A stretch of DNA of 64,000 nt from Phoronis australis (Eukaryota > Animalia > Phoronida), in contig NMRA01000510.1 in assembly GCA_002633005.1 (NCBI GenBank), forward strand, positions 241,436 through 305,435. The letters are read 5' to 3'. Shown piece by piece: positions 24,701-39,700 of this stretch. The position numbers and the translations under genes were made by a program. The notes beneath the pieces were generated by a model. It did no database searches and was not told the DNA's origin. It saw only the letters and a list, made by a program, of their open reading frames with translations. Every line of letters starts with the position of its first letter. Position 1 is the first letter of the stretch.

Positions 24701-27700
24701 CTTTCAGAACCGAAGTAGTGTACTTGTCTACGGGATTGCTTTGTAGATATTTCCCGCTTTCAAAAGGAATCCAAATTTCTTTGTAGGCCTACACGTGAAA
24801 ACCGCGAATTGAAGACTAATAAAAAGCTTGGCCTGTGTTAAAAGCACGTGGGCAGGAAGCGCGCGCTACATACATGAACTTGTCATCAAAGACATTAGTC
24901 GGGAACTATCCATTCATGAAACGGGTAGCATTGGAAAGAAATGAATATAGGCACTAATTTCCAACAGTTTCTAATACTATAAAAAATGTTTGCATTATTT
25001 TTAAGATGAATTGTTTGATTACGTTAACCATAATTGGTGTTTTTAAGCCAAATATCCGATAATAAGTCCACTGACAGTGAATGCTTACACACCCTTAAAC
25101 CGAAAAATAACTGTCAGATAGTCACGTATGCCGCATCCAGCCACACGGCAACTAATATGGCCTTACCGAGACAAATGTCGAACGTTTTTAGCGACATGAG
25201 ACCAAATGCTGAATGAAACACGCTCTGGTTTAGGCCCACTGCTTGTGCAAATTTCTTTAGATACAGTGCACATCTAGCTCGTTAGATTGCGTGGCTCTGG
25301 CCAAAAGATGGTATCTGCTCTGGCAAATGAGGTGGCAAGACCATCTCATCCATGAGACGGCTCACCCAGAGCTGCCAAACCACACGGAAATCAACATTGC
25401 ACGAGTCTGTTCAAAAGCAGTTCGACATAGGAACAATTTACGAGAAAAGCAAACCAGGAAAGATTGTCAAAAGCAGAACTCGTGGCTTGTCATTGCTTGT
25501 GGTGGCGGATAGTTCAAGATACTGTGGAGTTAAGCTGACCCCATCTAAGTAAGATCATGTTCTACAGTTGGCTGAAGAAGTAAATGAAAAGGACAGCTGT
25601 TGGATAAGTCTTTGCTTACTTATTGTGGATGGGTATATGAATATGGACATGGTACTACAAACAATTCTTTTGTTACTCTATAGTTCAAGTGGCAGTTGCA
25701 GAAACCACTAATCCTTGAGGCTGAGAAATAAAATTTAAAATATCTGCTGAGTTTAGTTGTTTATTGTTCTGGGTTAACATAGCTTATACCTCAGTACTTA
25801 TTTTTCCTGGTATTTGAAACAGTCCACAAACACCTTCATTCATATCACTTCCTGCCTGGTGATAAGCTCACCAGGGACATTCCTGTGGCTACAGAAATGC
25901 CTAACAGCACTACAACTGGTTACAGGGCTATGTCCATTTATTACTCCTTATCTTGTTTTCTGATAGCAACTATGGATGTGATAGGTGTAACCTCTGTTGT
26001 CCAGGTTAGGTAGTGTCCCCTTTTGAACTATTGACAAAGCGTCCATAGCAGTAGCATAACTTCACTGATGTAGGCAAAAATTGGCAATGTGTAATAAAAT
26101 CACAAAAACAACAGATTCTATTTTATACCTCAGGACTTGGGTCAAAGTTAAGAACTTCAAGAAGTCTATCCCATCAACCACAATCCAAAAAATAGATTTT
26201 TCATTGGTTAAAACGATAATAACCCTTGAAAGTATTGCGATGAAAGCCATAATACCATTACAATCGCAAATTATTGCAATGACCGATGTACGCCATTGGC
26301 TGACCAGTGAACCAGGGATCCAAAACTTTGTATTCAAGTTACCCTAACCATTTAATGATAAATAAATTCATTAGCAAGTGCTGGTTTTGCCATTTATTAC
26401 CATAGAACTCTAACCCTGAAATGCAAACTTCGATCTAAAGCCACTGAGATTGCTCTGCGCATTCGGGGAATTTGTTTGTTCCGATATTGGTTATTGCTAT
26501 GGAATTTACTGTGACTCAAACTTTTTGCAACTCTGCAGTTTCTAAACTGAAGTGTATAACAGTTGTATCATCAAAAGGCCTTTTATCAGTTCTTGGTGAT
26601 TATACCAGAAGCAAAATACAATTAATTATCATTTCGCATACTTGGCACCAGGTTTAAAAATACTTTTTTTACTTTTTTCATTCCAGACCTCAAGAGCGTT
26701 ACCAAAATGTGAAAAATTACAGTGTGTAACAAAAAAAGAACTAGAGAGATTACATAAACGACCACTTGAACCAACGGAAATAATTTCAGTGAATGATTTT
26801 AGAATGTAGGGCCCTCACAGTTGCTGTGAAGAATTTAGGGCGACGTGTAATCGTCTAGTCTGCTGTCTTGTGGAAGAGTGCAAGGCCACGAATATGTAAT
26901 TTGTTCAGTAAATACAGTTTGAAAAAAACTATTAACTGAAAAAGTATGTCAACGTTACATGTAGTATATTGCAAATGAGTATATGAAATAATGCGTATAC
27001 ACGTTAACGTTCTTTCTCCTTATGTTAAGTAGAAAAGGGTCTTTGGTAGCCGCTCGTGGAACTGTTTCCGCGTACACATACACACACAATCTGCCATTTC
27101 AGATAATGTTTTTCACCACTTTCTATTTTTAACCACCAGTTTTGAGTCGGCAGATTAGTGTAGGTAAGTCTTCCGGTTAAGTCACTCACCAATGTAATAA
27201 CATGAAATGTGTTAAAAGTGCAGATAAGTTTATTGCCACAGATCTGTAGGTCGAGGGGGTATTGACCAATCCATTGATTGCAGTGTCATTTACAAAAGTT
27301 GTGATAAACAACTCAAGCTATCAATCCAAAATTTGCAGACGAAGGTTTTCTGATAAAAAAACAAATATATGTAGCTTTGAAATGTACTGTGGGTTGCTTA
27401 TTACATTGGTTGCAGTATAGGACTTTCCATATAGAAGTTAAAAAGTAAACTCATTTCTTCAGTGGACTCTGGAAAACACCAATGTTATGCATAACAGTGT
27501 TATTTTGAACACATGTTGGATCGTGTGACGGTCAACGTTCAAGAATGAAAAAGTACAACTGACTTGATAAGCGAGCCGTCGAGATAAAAAAACGTGACAT
27601 CTGGGTCTAAGGCAAAACGCAAGGGTGAAATGAAAGCTGCAACACTTATCCTGACAGTGTTCTTTTTCAAATGACGGACGTAGCAGCCAAAAGTATCCAA

Positions 27701-30700
27701 CGGCGGTATTTTTTGGTTGAATGGGAAATTGTGAATGCCGCACGCGCGCTTATGAGTAATTTTCTCGAAAGTTGCATAAACCCACCAGTTATTAGGGCCT
27801 ATGCTGAACAAACATTCGCGGCAGAAACAAAATGTCACTTCTTTCCGTATGATACTGCAATGTGATTTTGACACCCAAAGATGTCTTGTTGAACAACTCC
27901 CAGCATGTAGTTTGATAGGCCGTCGAAATTGGCTCTAAGGCTAAAGCTGAAAAGATATCAGAGGCCAGACTATTCCCAGCATCCAGTCAGGCCCACAGGC
28001 CGGTGTTAGGATGACCAGTGTAACTGTCGGGTTTGTTGACTAATTTTTTCAAGAAATCGCTGGTTGACTGCAACGGAACCTTAAGAGTCTTGCTTTACGA
28101 ATAAACATGACAAAATGAAAATAAACAGCAAGTAATGAAATTAAGTTTGATTTGATAACTACTACTACGCTCGATCAAACCCAGTCGAGCAGACAGACTG
28201 AAATTCACAGTGCTAACTCTCGCGGCTTGTCTTGGTTTGCAAGCTCTAACGACAGAATACATAGGTCACATGCGAGAGTTGGCATTCTAGAGCTATTGTT
28301 CTAAGTTATTACTTGAAGAGAAATCTGCAGTTTATGGGTGACCCAGTGACCCCAGATGGCTACCACTGCATTACTGGGTCCCATAAATGTCACCGAAGAA
28401 CTAAGTTTCTACAATGCTGGACTAGATAAGAAGCCTATGGTTTCTGGTGTGACCAGTTAAGTGTAACACAAATGAGAATGTACACATAAAATCCCTTGTG
28501 CATCGGAGGTGGCACATGAAGAACACTGAAAAGAGACATGTTGTCGGTTCTGATAGTTTTTGGGCAACCTCAACTTAGAATTGGTGCACTTGGATTTTAT
28601 CCAGGTCTTCAGGTGCAACTTCAGTATTTTCTTTGTGTCTGGCCCTCCAGTAGTGTTTCAAGATCAACCATTGGTACTGTTGATGACCTCTGACTTAGGT
28701 GTTGTTTGTTTAGGAATGGCTCCTGACCTGGTCATAGGGTACCCAGTGATTGTAATGGGTCACCTGTATATTGATTTGATAGTATGTGTAGTAATGGTAA
28801 TAGTAATTGTATACATAGTCACACTAGCCTCAGCTGACTGATTCATTCTGCATGAGTAATGTTAAATGGTGCTTGCTTATATATGTTTAGCCAGTCCAGA
28901 TTTTGTCCATGGTGATGAGTTATTGCTGGTGATTCACAGTTTTTTTTTTTTTTAAGCCGTAATTCCTTACTGATGCCCTTAGCAGTAAACAACCATGGCT
29001 GACAGTGATCTTTGTGACAGATAGTTTGTTATGGACTTGTTGTCAGAAGTTGAAATCTAGTGGGCAGTTTGATTTTTGTACTGTTGTATTGAAGTTGGAC
29101 TTGATTCAGATAACCGAATTTTAGCATGTTGATTTATGTTGGATGTAAAGTACGTACATGTGAAATTACGAAATGAGCGTTTTCTTGATATTAGTTGAAC
29201 ATTGTTAAATCGTGTTAGCGTTTGTGGGTTTTCTTGTCCACCTTGCACGTCTCATTGCGGTCTCTTGTTGTCAGGTGCCGATGACGACCTCGTATCCCCA
29301 TATGGCGGCACAAGCGCTGATGACTTCCTCACGCCATTGCAGAAGCTGGAGCGATACATGGAGAGTGAGAACATCTTTACAAGGTGAGTTGGAATGAACT
29401 GTACCGACATTCTGGCCATGCGGGAGGTGTTAACATACTGGCAGAATAAAATAAATGTTGCATTTTCATAAGTAAATGCAGTGCTCGACACCTAGTGACT
29501 TGGCGAAAATCCCAGGTCATCAAATAATATTTGAGGACACTAAAACTGACGCCGAAATTGTTGACTAAAAAAAATAAATTTCGAGTAAAAACCAGGAAAT
29601 CGAGTTCTAAAAGAACTACTCTAGGGAAGCTCGGTAAAACTCTGTTTATCAACTCGTCATCTCCTGGCTGGTGTCGCTAACAAATCACCGACCCCAAAGA
29701 TTGCGACCCCAAAGATTGCGAGTATGTGACTGCTCTTAGCAGACTTACTAAGCAGGGCACTACACAGCCAAAATTAGTTCTCAGAACATGGTACACCGAT
29801 GTCGTGTTCTCTATAGGGGTCAATGGGTCCATAGCTGGACACATAAGCCATGTTTTCTGAGTGTGGTACTGTATGTAAAACACAAGCAAAAATAAAGTTT
29901 ACTTCCACTGTCCAGTTTCTGCTGTTTAGTAATCAGTCATCCATTTCTGTCTGTGTTTGTCAAAGTTTGGTTAGCCAGAGTGATGCATTCTCTGTGACTT
30001 TCACAATCTGCAGACCTGTGGTAACCTTCAGGTTTCTTTTGTCTGTCACGGCACGTCCTGCATCATGTGATGAATAGAGTTGTGGTCTGCTGCTGCCCAG
30101 CTCTGTTACGTATGAATGTCTGCTAACAGTATTCTGCTTGAAGTTTGAAGGTATGTCCTGTTCAGGCTCATTATAGGCTACTTTCGTGGGCAGAGATCAC
30201 CTGCTGGCTTTCTAGATTTCAGTTACTCTCTGAAGAAGTGGTAAAACTTGCCTAGAATAGACTATCCATCCACATGTCCTGCGTGTTATGCAAGTTTTGT
30301 TTGGTTGAAATGGTGATAAGCAGTGTCTGGGTGATTGTCGGTGTCATGTGCCTCACTCTTTGTGCGTTATCATTGCTAGGTCAACAGAGTTCAGTTGTAG
30401 CATTGCAATGTGGTAACCATGGTGACTGGCTGATGTCAGTGAAGTCTGTGTCCCATCCATTGGGCACAATTGAACATGTCTTTTACAGAAACGCAGAGCT
30501 AAACTGACTGCTGACATGTTAAAATAATTTTTACCTTTAGTTTTCCATGCTATATAAAACACAGTGTTTTTTTTAGCTTGATTGATAAGTTTTGGAGAAA
30601 GTGTCAGAAAGCCAGTTTTTAATCACTTGAGTTGTGAAAGCTACAATGGGTCTGTTTAAGCTAACTCTAATTGTGATATTAGTGTAACATGGTGTTTATT

Positions 30701-33700
30701 TCAGAGTTTAAGTGCAACACTAAATCTGGTGTATCACCTAACCCAGCCCCCCTCTCAGAGGTTTAACAACACCTAAGTTGATGTGACCTGATGTTACAAA
30801 CTGTGGTGTTACTACAGCAGAACTGAGAACTCCAGCCTTTTTTTCTTCAGTATTTCTGAAAAACATGTACTATGTCCTCAACAGCCTAAAAACCTAAACA
30901 TGTTGGAAGTCTACAATGCCAACAATCTTGCTGCAGGTGTTGTTCTATCTAGTGCAAATGCACTTGCAGTTGCATTTTCTTTAGTGCATACAACATTACG
31001 TGACACAGTGCATTGAAGTGAACTGTGGGAGTTGTTGGCCTACTCAAAAGTAATTTTTTAACATGTCATCTAGTATATCATCATCCCAATGTGGCAACCG
31101 TTGGCTCCCTTGTGAAGTTGACGTTCTAGTTTCCATTTGAGACGGGGAGAGCTTCTTGCCATTTTTGATGGCATGGACAGAACCAACACTGGCATATTAG
31201 TTATGAACTAAGGTCATAGCAATTTTTCACCTACCCCATGGGGGTTAAGAATAGAGCGGTTCAAAGTTGTTGTTTTAGTATCCTGTTATGGTAGGATTAC
31301 TAAAGGGGGAACCAGCTAACTTCAGCTGACCTATCCTATTTTGTGGTTAAACCATCAAATTTTTAAAAGCATTTCTTAGTTGTCACAGTTAAACTACCGT
31401 ATGCATCTAGCTTACCGCCCATGCTCGGCTTACCGTCAACCCACAGAATAAACAAATTTTCATTTTTAAGCACCCATGCTCGGCTTATCGCCCAGCCCGT
31501 TTTTTTAGATTCCCAATTTATGGGCTCTGGGCGGTAACCTTGACAACTACGGTAAGTGCTTAATGTTTTCAAACAATGCTGAGAATGCGCAACTTAAATG
31601 ATTTTGGCAGCCTTGTAGTTTCTAGGTCACTTGTTATCCTTGTTGCTTAGAAACTGGTTGTAAAATGTATTCAAGTCTGACTGTAAGTAGGTCAACTGAA
31701 GCAGATGGTCACAAAAAATACCACGTTTTTTAGCTATACAATTATGAAATAGGCCTGTCCTTGAGACATTATCTTTTTGCACTGTAGAGTCCTGTTGTTT
31801 TCTTCAAAGTGCCTAAACTGTTACTCATTGTAGATATAATTCAGAAAAATGCAGTCTTATTTTGACAGCAAGAATGGTTTGTTTTGATACAATTCATTTA
31901 CGTTTTGTAATGACCAAGTGTTTTCATTTATTCCAAGGTTTTGGACATGTTTTGTTTTTGCTAATTGATGCGCCTATTCAGTGTTTGAATTAAGGAATGG
32001 TAAGCTGTAGTTAGTTGAGGAGCAAGCACTCTCATCAACCTGTTTCTCTGTGTATTTTCTCATTAACTAGTCTAGTTTTCACCTAAAGGCTGCTGACAAT
32101 CCTGCATTTCCCTTCCTCCAGCCTGGGGCTGTGGCACTCCTGCAAATTCTGATTATTTTTGTTCACCCAGTCACTGGCAGGTGATTGTTGTCCAGCCTGG
32201 TTGGTGATCAAATTTAAATCAATTTGGTTTCTGATCTCTTGGACCTGTATACAGTTCTTAACTTTGTTGCCAAATGCCAAACTTTCCATGTTTCATGTCT
32301 TCAAGGTTCAGTGGGTTTGTTCATAGAAATACTGCATGGTGAATTTTCTATCTTTAGACCACTATCTAAAAATATATCTGGTTCAGTTCTAGTAGTGATC
32401 GGGTATTGAATACTGTCAAAAGCCTGTTTACATGGACAAAATTTGCATATGTTTGTAAATTTACTTCCTATTGAAATTTGCACACATATGTAAAAGTAAA
32501 TTTATTACGTGTTGTGCACTCATTTTCGAAGACTATCACCGTGGGTAGACTACTGTTGGCCAGGAAAAGGTTTCCACATTTTTTGTCTGTTGGGTTAATT
32601 TTTGGTTTATCACATAAGAAAGGGGTATGGAAAGGGGAAAGACCACAAGTCTGGTGGCAGTGGGTGGTAAAAGAAAAATTTTAAAATGTATTGAAAATTT
32701 CCATTTGACAAGGGAGACATTTTATGTTTTACATGACAAACTTTAGGTGATGATGACACAGCAGTACAAGACCCGTTACTGCTGGCGATCACAGCTTACT
32801 GACATGCGAATGGAGCGGACTATCGCACGAATAGAGAGTTTTATTTGGAGTGGCCAAGTCAACTGTACCTAAATGCATCCACGGGATTTGTGCCATGCTC
32901 CGTGAATCATTGCTGACAAGATATGCCACCTTTCCACAAGAAGATTTAAAATATGTCATTGACTGGTTTGAGTTGTGTTGGGGATTTCCGATGCATAGAT
33001 GGAACTCATGTCCCGTTTATTGCACCTTCTATGGTTCGTGGTGATTAACTAAACAGGAGAATTTTCTACTTTATTTGACCATGGATACATCATGACTAAC
33101 ATAAACATAGGCTGGCCTGGACGTGTGGACTGGACTGCGCTTGAGTATTTGGTAATTCAGAGATTTATCAAAAAGCTGAAAGTGACTACCTGTTTCAAGG
33201 GGTTTATCCAGGATTCCAAAACTGGGAGTCTCCACCAGCATTGGTGATGAATTGGTGAGGCTGCGGTGCCCTGTACTAGTGTATCCATCCATGTAATAAC
33301 ATAGTGCATTGAAGTAGCACTGACAAAGCAAAAGACCATTCGTTTATTCTGTAACTTTAAATGATAAATGAAGGATTATACGTACGAAACATTTTACTCG
33401 AAAAAGAATGTGGCGTTCATACTAGAGATGCCAATGTTGACCAAGTCCAAAAACTATCACAGAGGTAAAGATTTCTACAGCAATATACTGTCTTCTGCAA
33501 AGCAGACAGGCCGAATAAAGTGTGTTGGTGAAGCGAGTTGCATTTTTAGCATTCATATTCCTGACAGTCGAGCCTGTGTTTTCTCTCAGTTTCATGTCTT
33601 GCACATCATTCATAGTCATTGGTTTCCTGGTCATATTAATATTTTCATTTTTATGTTTATTAACTGATGTACACTGACACTATATTTAGGATAATCTCCT

Positions 33701-36700
33701 GATGGCTGTGACATGATTGTGACAAATTTTCATAGTCTGGAACCAGATTCAGTGGCCCTTGCAAAGCTATTTCTCAGCAAATTTGCGGTGTCCTGTATCT
33801 TTTGATGTGTCAAAACATTGCTGCTGTTAAATCTCTTAATTACATGTGTCGTGGGCAAAAGTCTCTTCCGACTCCGAATTTCAGCGTGCGACTGCAACTA
33901 CTTAAAAGTGGTGACAACCACAATCTGTTTTCAAACCCTGAATGTGTGAACCTCTTTGTCAGCTAGTAACGAAATAATTGCATTTGGCAATCTGAAAGTG
34001 TGTAACATTTACTTGCAAAATATGATTGGTTGCTATTTGGTGTTCTTCCCTGCTTCAAGACACTGGCGTTATGGAGGGGGGTCCACCTTGAAACTTAGTG
34101 CGTCCAGACCAGATTTATAGTTGACACAGTTAAATTGCGAGAACTTGTAAAACTTTTAGGTCACAAGCTGCATCAGTACATTTTTCTTCATTCAACTGAC
34201 CAAGCAAATGTTAAGGATGGGTACATTATTTTGTTATTCCAGAAGAAGAATGTCTTTAAACTTATTGGAGAGCTGACTGCCTGTAATTGACCTATTGCCA
34301 GGATTTTGAGTGACGGCTTAACTGGCAAATCAGAACGCAGCATTCTTGTCACATCTTCCATTTCCAAGCTGCCATTTTACCCGACAAACAACACACCTCA
34401 TGGTTAAAAACTCTAGTATGTTTGTTCTGTGTCACAGGACTTTTGGCAAGGGGGCGGAGCTTGCGATAGGTCAATTGGCATGTGTATCCGTGAATGGAGT
34501 CAGCCATCAACTGTCATCCCATGTAACTGAGTGCACCCACCTCTTTCTGTTCCCCTTTTAACCCTGCCACAATGGCCCTTTGTTGAACCACTATGACACT
34601 GGCTTAGAACAGTTATTATCTGCTCCATTGTTCCTTTCTAATAGGGGTCATGCCTTTGTGGTCCTTTTCTCCTCTGTCTGTGTTCCTATGAATGAAATTC
34701 CCTGCTGGTTTCCTTTGATGCCTGTAGTGAAACTAGTAGGCTGTGCCTGTTGATCTGAATGTCAGTTGCAGTTGGAAGACTGGCATTCTGTCAAGGGTGA
34801 AGATTACTGCTAGTGTTAATTGTTGAGACTTCATGCAGTGGATGGTCCTTGTGGTCAGGCAGAAATGAGGTTAACTGAATTTATGTCCCAGTGATGTTCG
34901 TTTGTGAGGTCAGCTTGTAAACCATAGTTAACCCAGGCTTTTGTCACCGCCATGTCTTTGTTTTGTATGGCAGGTTCGTGTTGTTCAGATCTACCAACAA
35001 CTACGATTTTGGCAGACACACGGAAGTCCGTAACTTGTGTTTGCAATACGCGAGGGTGAAGTAACGGTAAACTAGTTCTGGCACTACTGCATGTGGCACT
35101 TACTTTATAAGGAAACCAGTTCGTGACTAAAATCAGTTGGTTTGAATACGGTATTTTTGTGGTTGTCTGAGGTTAAATCATGAGGGTAATTTTTATGCGC
35201 CCACATATTTATATGTGGACAGATTTTTACAAAATTTGGTGAATAGCTTTCTATTAAAGAAGCTATGACATGTTTCCATTTTCGGATGTATTGTACTTTT
35301 TTTAGGCCATATAGTGAACATTTTTATGACAAATAAACAACCCTAAAAGCACATCGTTAGCGATGCATTGATGGGTGCATTTCAACGCTCCACGTTGCTG
35401 TTGTTGATATTCAGGGGGAAATTTTTTTAACCTTACGAGGGGAATTTCGTGATATTTTTATGAGCCCACATATTTACATGTGGGTGTATATTCCTGTCAT
35501 ATCTGTCCGGGCGTCCGCAGGTGTATCTTCGAAACCCTCACAGGATCTTGAGATTTGGCAGATGGGAAGCTGACTATGGATGGCGACGAATTTCGGACTA
35601 AGTGACTACNCACTGTGCCTAGTGGCAACTTTTTTTTTTTTTTTGCTGTTGCCTCTGTGTCTTTGGATGGATTTTTATGAAATTTTGCAAATTGTTTTTT
35701 TAAGGGGGCAACTACACCTTTCCATTTTCGAATGAATGTTCACAATTCTTGGCCACCTAGTTACCATTCTTTAAATTTGCGAGTCCGTTTTTTGGCGTCC
35801 GCCTTTCTGAATGCCAAAAGTGTGTTCTCAATGCGGAGACTGCAGACGACGGATGGGTTTGACTATTCCTGGGCCTCCTAATGGGGACTTTGTTTCATTT
35901 TGTGTCCATGGCTTTATCTCCCCTTTGCAAGTTCTTTGTGGAATTTGCAGGTGTGTTTCTATGGAGCTGACAACAGGTTATGACCAGTTTCAGACCAATC
36001 CAATGTTTCGTGTACGCCTTAGTGACAGTTTTTTTTTTTTACATTTTCATGTGTCTGGAGTTCATTGATGGATTTTCATGAAATTTGGTAGTGAGGTTTC
36101 TAGGAGACAACAGTGCCTTCCCATTTTCGGACAAATCTGATGTATTCTGCATCACCTATTGGGGATTTTCAAAAGTTTAGAGTCCGTTTTTAACAATCTC
36201 TTTCTGCTAAACTGCCTCAAGGATCATTGTAAAAATTGTCAAGTTTGTTTCTGATGGGAAGACCAAAACTGACTTTCATAATCGGTTAGGCTTGATTGGT
36301 GGCAGTTTTTTGCTTCTACGACTGTGTCGCTTTAAGCCTTTGCAGGATCTTTGTGGAATGTGTGTATTGGGAGAGCTTTAAATAGTCTCATCGATACCCC
36401 ACAGTTCATTCTGCGCCAAGTTGAACTTCAGTGGTCTTACTTTCAGGTCTTTTACGAATTTCACCTGATTTGTGACTAATTTGGTTAGGCCACTCTTCTC
36501 AAAAATTCAGTTTTTTTCACTGTCCATGCCCAACTGTCTACTCATTTTTTACTGGCTCATATTGTTTATCAAACACTCTTATTATATACGTATTTGGATC
36601 TGCATTAGTTTGAGCCAGCGTTTCACAATTCTTTCATATCTTACAAATCTTAATTAAAAGTCGCTCTGCCAAACTCTGCTTGTACTGCTGTGGCCAGTGT

Positions 36701-39700
36701 ATCCTGGTTTACTCACAGAACCTATCTAAAGAATTTATTTTGCACCGTTTCAATGTCTTTGGCTTCACGGAATCCCCAATGACACAAGTTAAGCCTTTTG
36801 ACACTGATTTATGTTCATAAAAGGTTTAACCAAGGTGTTTCCTCGGGTGCCAGTCGTGACACTGGAGTGTGTAAACAGTGGTTTATAAGTTGATGCGAAG
36901 TGACAGTCATATACTCTAGGCTTAAGAATACTGCTGACAAAATACTTCCAATACAAGGAAGTTCATTATCATCTAAAAACAGTCGCTATTTTATTTTTAT
37001 GCATCATATGCTAAGACTAGAAGAACTGCTTTTTCCTGTGTAGAACTTGTTATATCCTGAATCTAGCACTGCATGTGTAATGTCTATCATTTTTAATACC
37101 AGAAGTAAGGTTTACCGAAGTGTAATAAGCTTCTCATTGTATGTCAACAGGAGTTTGTTGTTACCTTTTGCAGGGCGTAAAGTTTCCTATTCCTATTTTT
37201 GAGACTTTCTTTCTTATACTTTTCTGTGAAATTTCTATTTTTTCCTAATTTTCACTCATGGTGAGTCCAAATAAAAGGCCAGCAATAAATCGTTGTTTTT
37301 CATAGCTGACATTTAACTCCATTGTGCTTAAAATAAATATGCTGCTGGGTTAGTTGTTTCATTGAGCTTCAAACGCATTATAGCTGGGGGATCTAATTGT
37401 GTTTGTGCACTTTTAAATATTAGAGGTACTAGAGCAATGTTATCCCCTCTCATGCAAATATGGCCACCCTGGATTACACAGGGACAAATAGCCTCTAGCT
37501 GTATTTACCCACAATGCCATAAACATCCGTCAGGCACATTTGCTGCCTTGTTTTCATGCCACCGGAGTTTCACATGTTAGTTGTTATCTGATTCTTTACA
37601 AGTTCTTTCTCGGTTGCATTTCTCTATTTGTTCTTCCAATGCCAATGAAGTATTATTACTGTGGTATGGGTTGCAACTCTGAAGTGAAAATTTTGATAAA
37701 CGGGACAAATGCCGGTGGATGTCTGATGTGAAACTCTTCGCCTCCCACATCAACGAGACATGAAAATGTGTCTCATTTCAAAAAGTAGCTCCCCGCACTT
37801 TCTTATCTCCGTGTAATTCGGGATGGTCCTATTACATGCGCAGACAACACTTCATGGTGGTGAAACTACTTGGAATTATTGTATTTTAATAACAACGAGG
37901 CTCAAGTTAATTAAAGTGATAAACGGATGAGGAATTGGTCAGAATACGTGAAGGGAGCTTGAGAAATTACTGAAGCGTAAGCCTATATGCCAGTGTTCTC
38001 CACAATACCAATTCCAAACTATACGCAAATTTCTAGAGTTCAGTATCAGTAGTCAACACTATAGGTGGAGGTATTTATGTGTTTCAAAAATGTACATTGA
38101 ACTGGTCAGGTGTGACCTACTTTTCAACACTTTGTAGGGCCTACACGTGAAAACCGCTTATGACTGTCTCACGAATGAAAAAATTGTTGTTAAAAGCACG
38201 TGGCCAGGAAGCGTGCGTTACATATCTGTCACTTGACATCGCAGACATTAGTCTCGGGAACTGTCAATGAATCAACACCGGGTAGCTATATCGGCAAGAA
38301 ATAAATATTGGGCACTAATGTCAGAAAGTTTCTAATGCCGTAAAAACTGTTGCGTTGTTTTTAAAGAGAGATTGCCTTATTAATCGCTTTTTCAATGTAT
38401 TCATAATTGGTGTTTTTAAAGTAAACTACCTGATAAAATGCCCCACTAATAGTGGACGCCTTCGCCCCCGAATCTCCCGGAAAATAACTCGGACTGGCAC
38501 ATCCAGTCACCCGGCGACTCAGTGCAATTCAGCCTTAGGCCCTACCGAGACAATTCTCGTACGTTTTAATAGTAGATGTGCAGGGTCAACAAAGTAATGA
38601 TACTCCCTGTTTTTATCATAATTTCTTCCTCGTTTTTACTGAAAATGTCATATTTTTCTATTTTTTTCAATGCCTTGTGTTATTTGAAACAATGCTTTTG
38701 TGTTGTTTGGCAGATACATAAATTTCTCTTGCATTTGTGTTTTTAGGCAGATGGTTGCCAGGGGTATCCTGGATACGCTCCGAGCTGTTGGTGGCATGGA
38801 GGAAGAGTGTGAGGGGGTGTTGGTGGCCATGTCACGACTGTCTGACGACTACGGTGAGTGAAGTGGCTATCTAGCTTGGGCACACTACTGTACTGGGTTC
38901 GTTTGAGAAGAACGCAGGCCGTGTTAGTTTGAAGTAGGGGACATACTATTCACGACCGTACATCACAAAATGATGTGGATGCAACGTCTTGAGAAGGATG
39001 CTGTTGTACCAAGTTGTTGTTGATTCAGATGACCTTGGTGTATTTTTCAAGGTCACACCAAAGAAAACTACATGAAGATGATATACACTCCAAGGAATAT
39101 GTGAGTGTCGATCGAAGTTTTGTGTCGCTCTTGAAACATTGTTCCATGGGGCTGGGGGTCATGATTCCCTAATACTTTTGGTGCTTGGTGGCAAGGTTTG
39201 GAGGGCAGTATTGGTGAAAGCGATTGTAAACGGACTTAATGGCCTTATGTGCGTGTGCTGAACTTTCTGTTTGCTTACATTTAATTAGTTATTTGTCAAG
39301 ACATTGTTAAGGGCTGTTCCAGTAAAATCTGTATGGGAGGGGGGGAAGGCACCTTTTTTTCGCACCCACCACCCATATTTTTCATTTATTTCTTCAGCCT
39401 ACCACCCGTAATTTTTTATAAGTTTGAAATGCAACCACCCGTAATTTTTTTTGTCCTTGTGGTTGACTGCACAGGCGCTTGAGTTTATCTGTTCCTCCAT
39501 CACCACTAACGTCATTCATTACAAAGAAAACGCATGTTTCTTATATATGGTTATTAGCCATCGAGAAATTTGAGCACCTGTGGTTAAATGGTGTTATGGG
39601 CATGCCGATGAGGAGATCGGAGGGAGTGAAAAAGTCGGAGCTTTTTGCAAGTTGCATTTTTGTTTCAGTTTTTGATTCTGTGCGGATTGTTTATAAAATT

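Noticed and set aside
26062-26347. Overlapping ~90-aa ORFs on both strands in PPP4R1 intron 2
   Set aside because: No motif or splice support; cannot be distinguished from chance or decayed transposon sequence
28910-28975. Possible C/D snoRNA (GTGATGA...CTGA)
   Set aside because: No terminal stem, long poly-T interior, no recognisable guide
33455-33470. TATCACAGAG as an additional mir-2
   Set aside because: Match stops after 8 nt and there is no complementary arm; same for tatcacaagg at ~44797 inside a repeat
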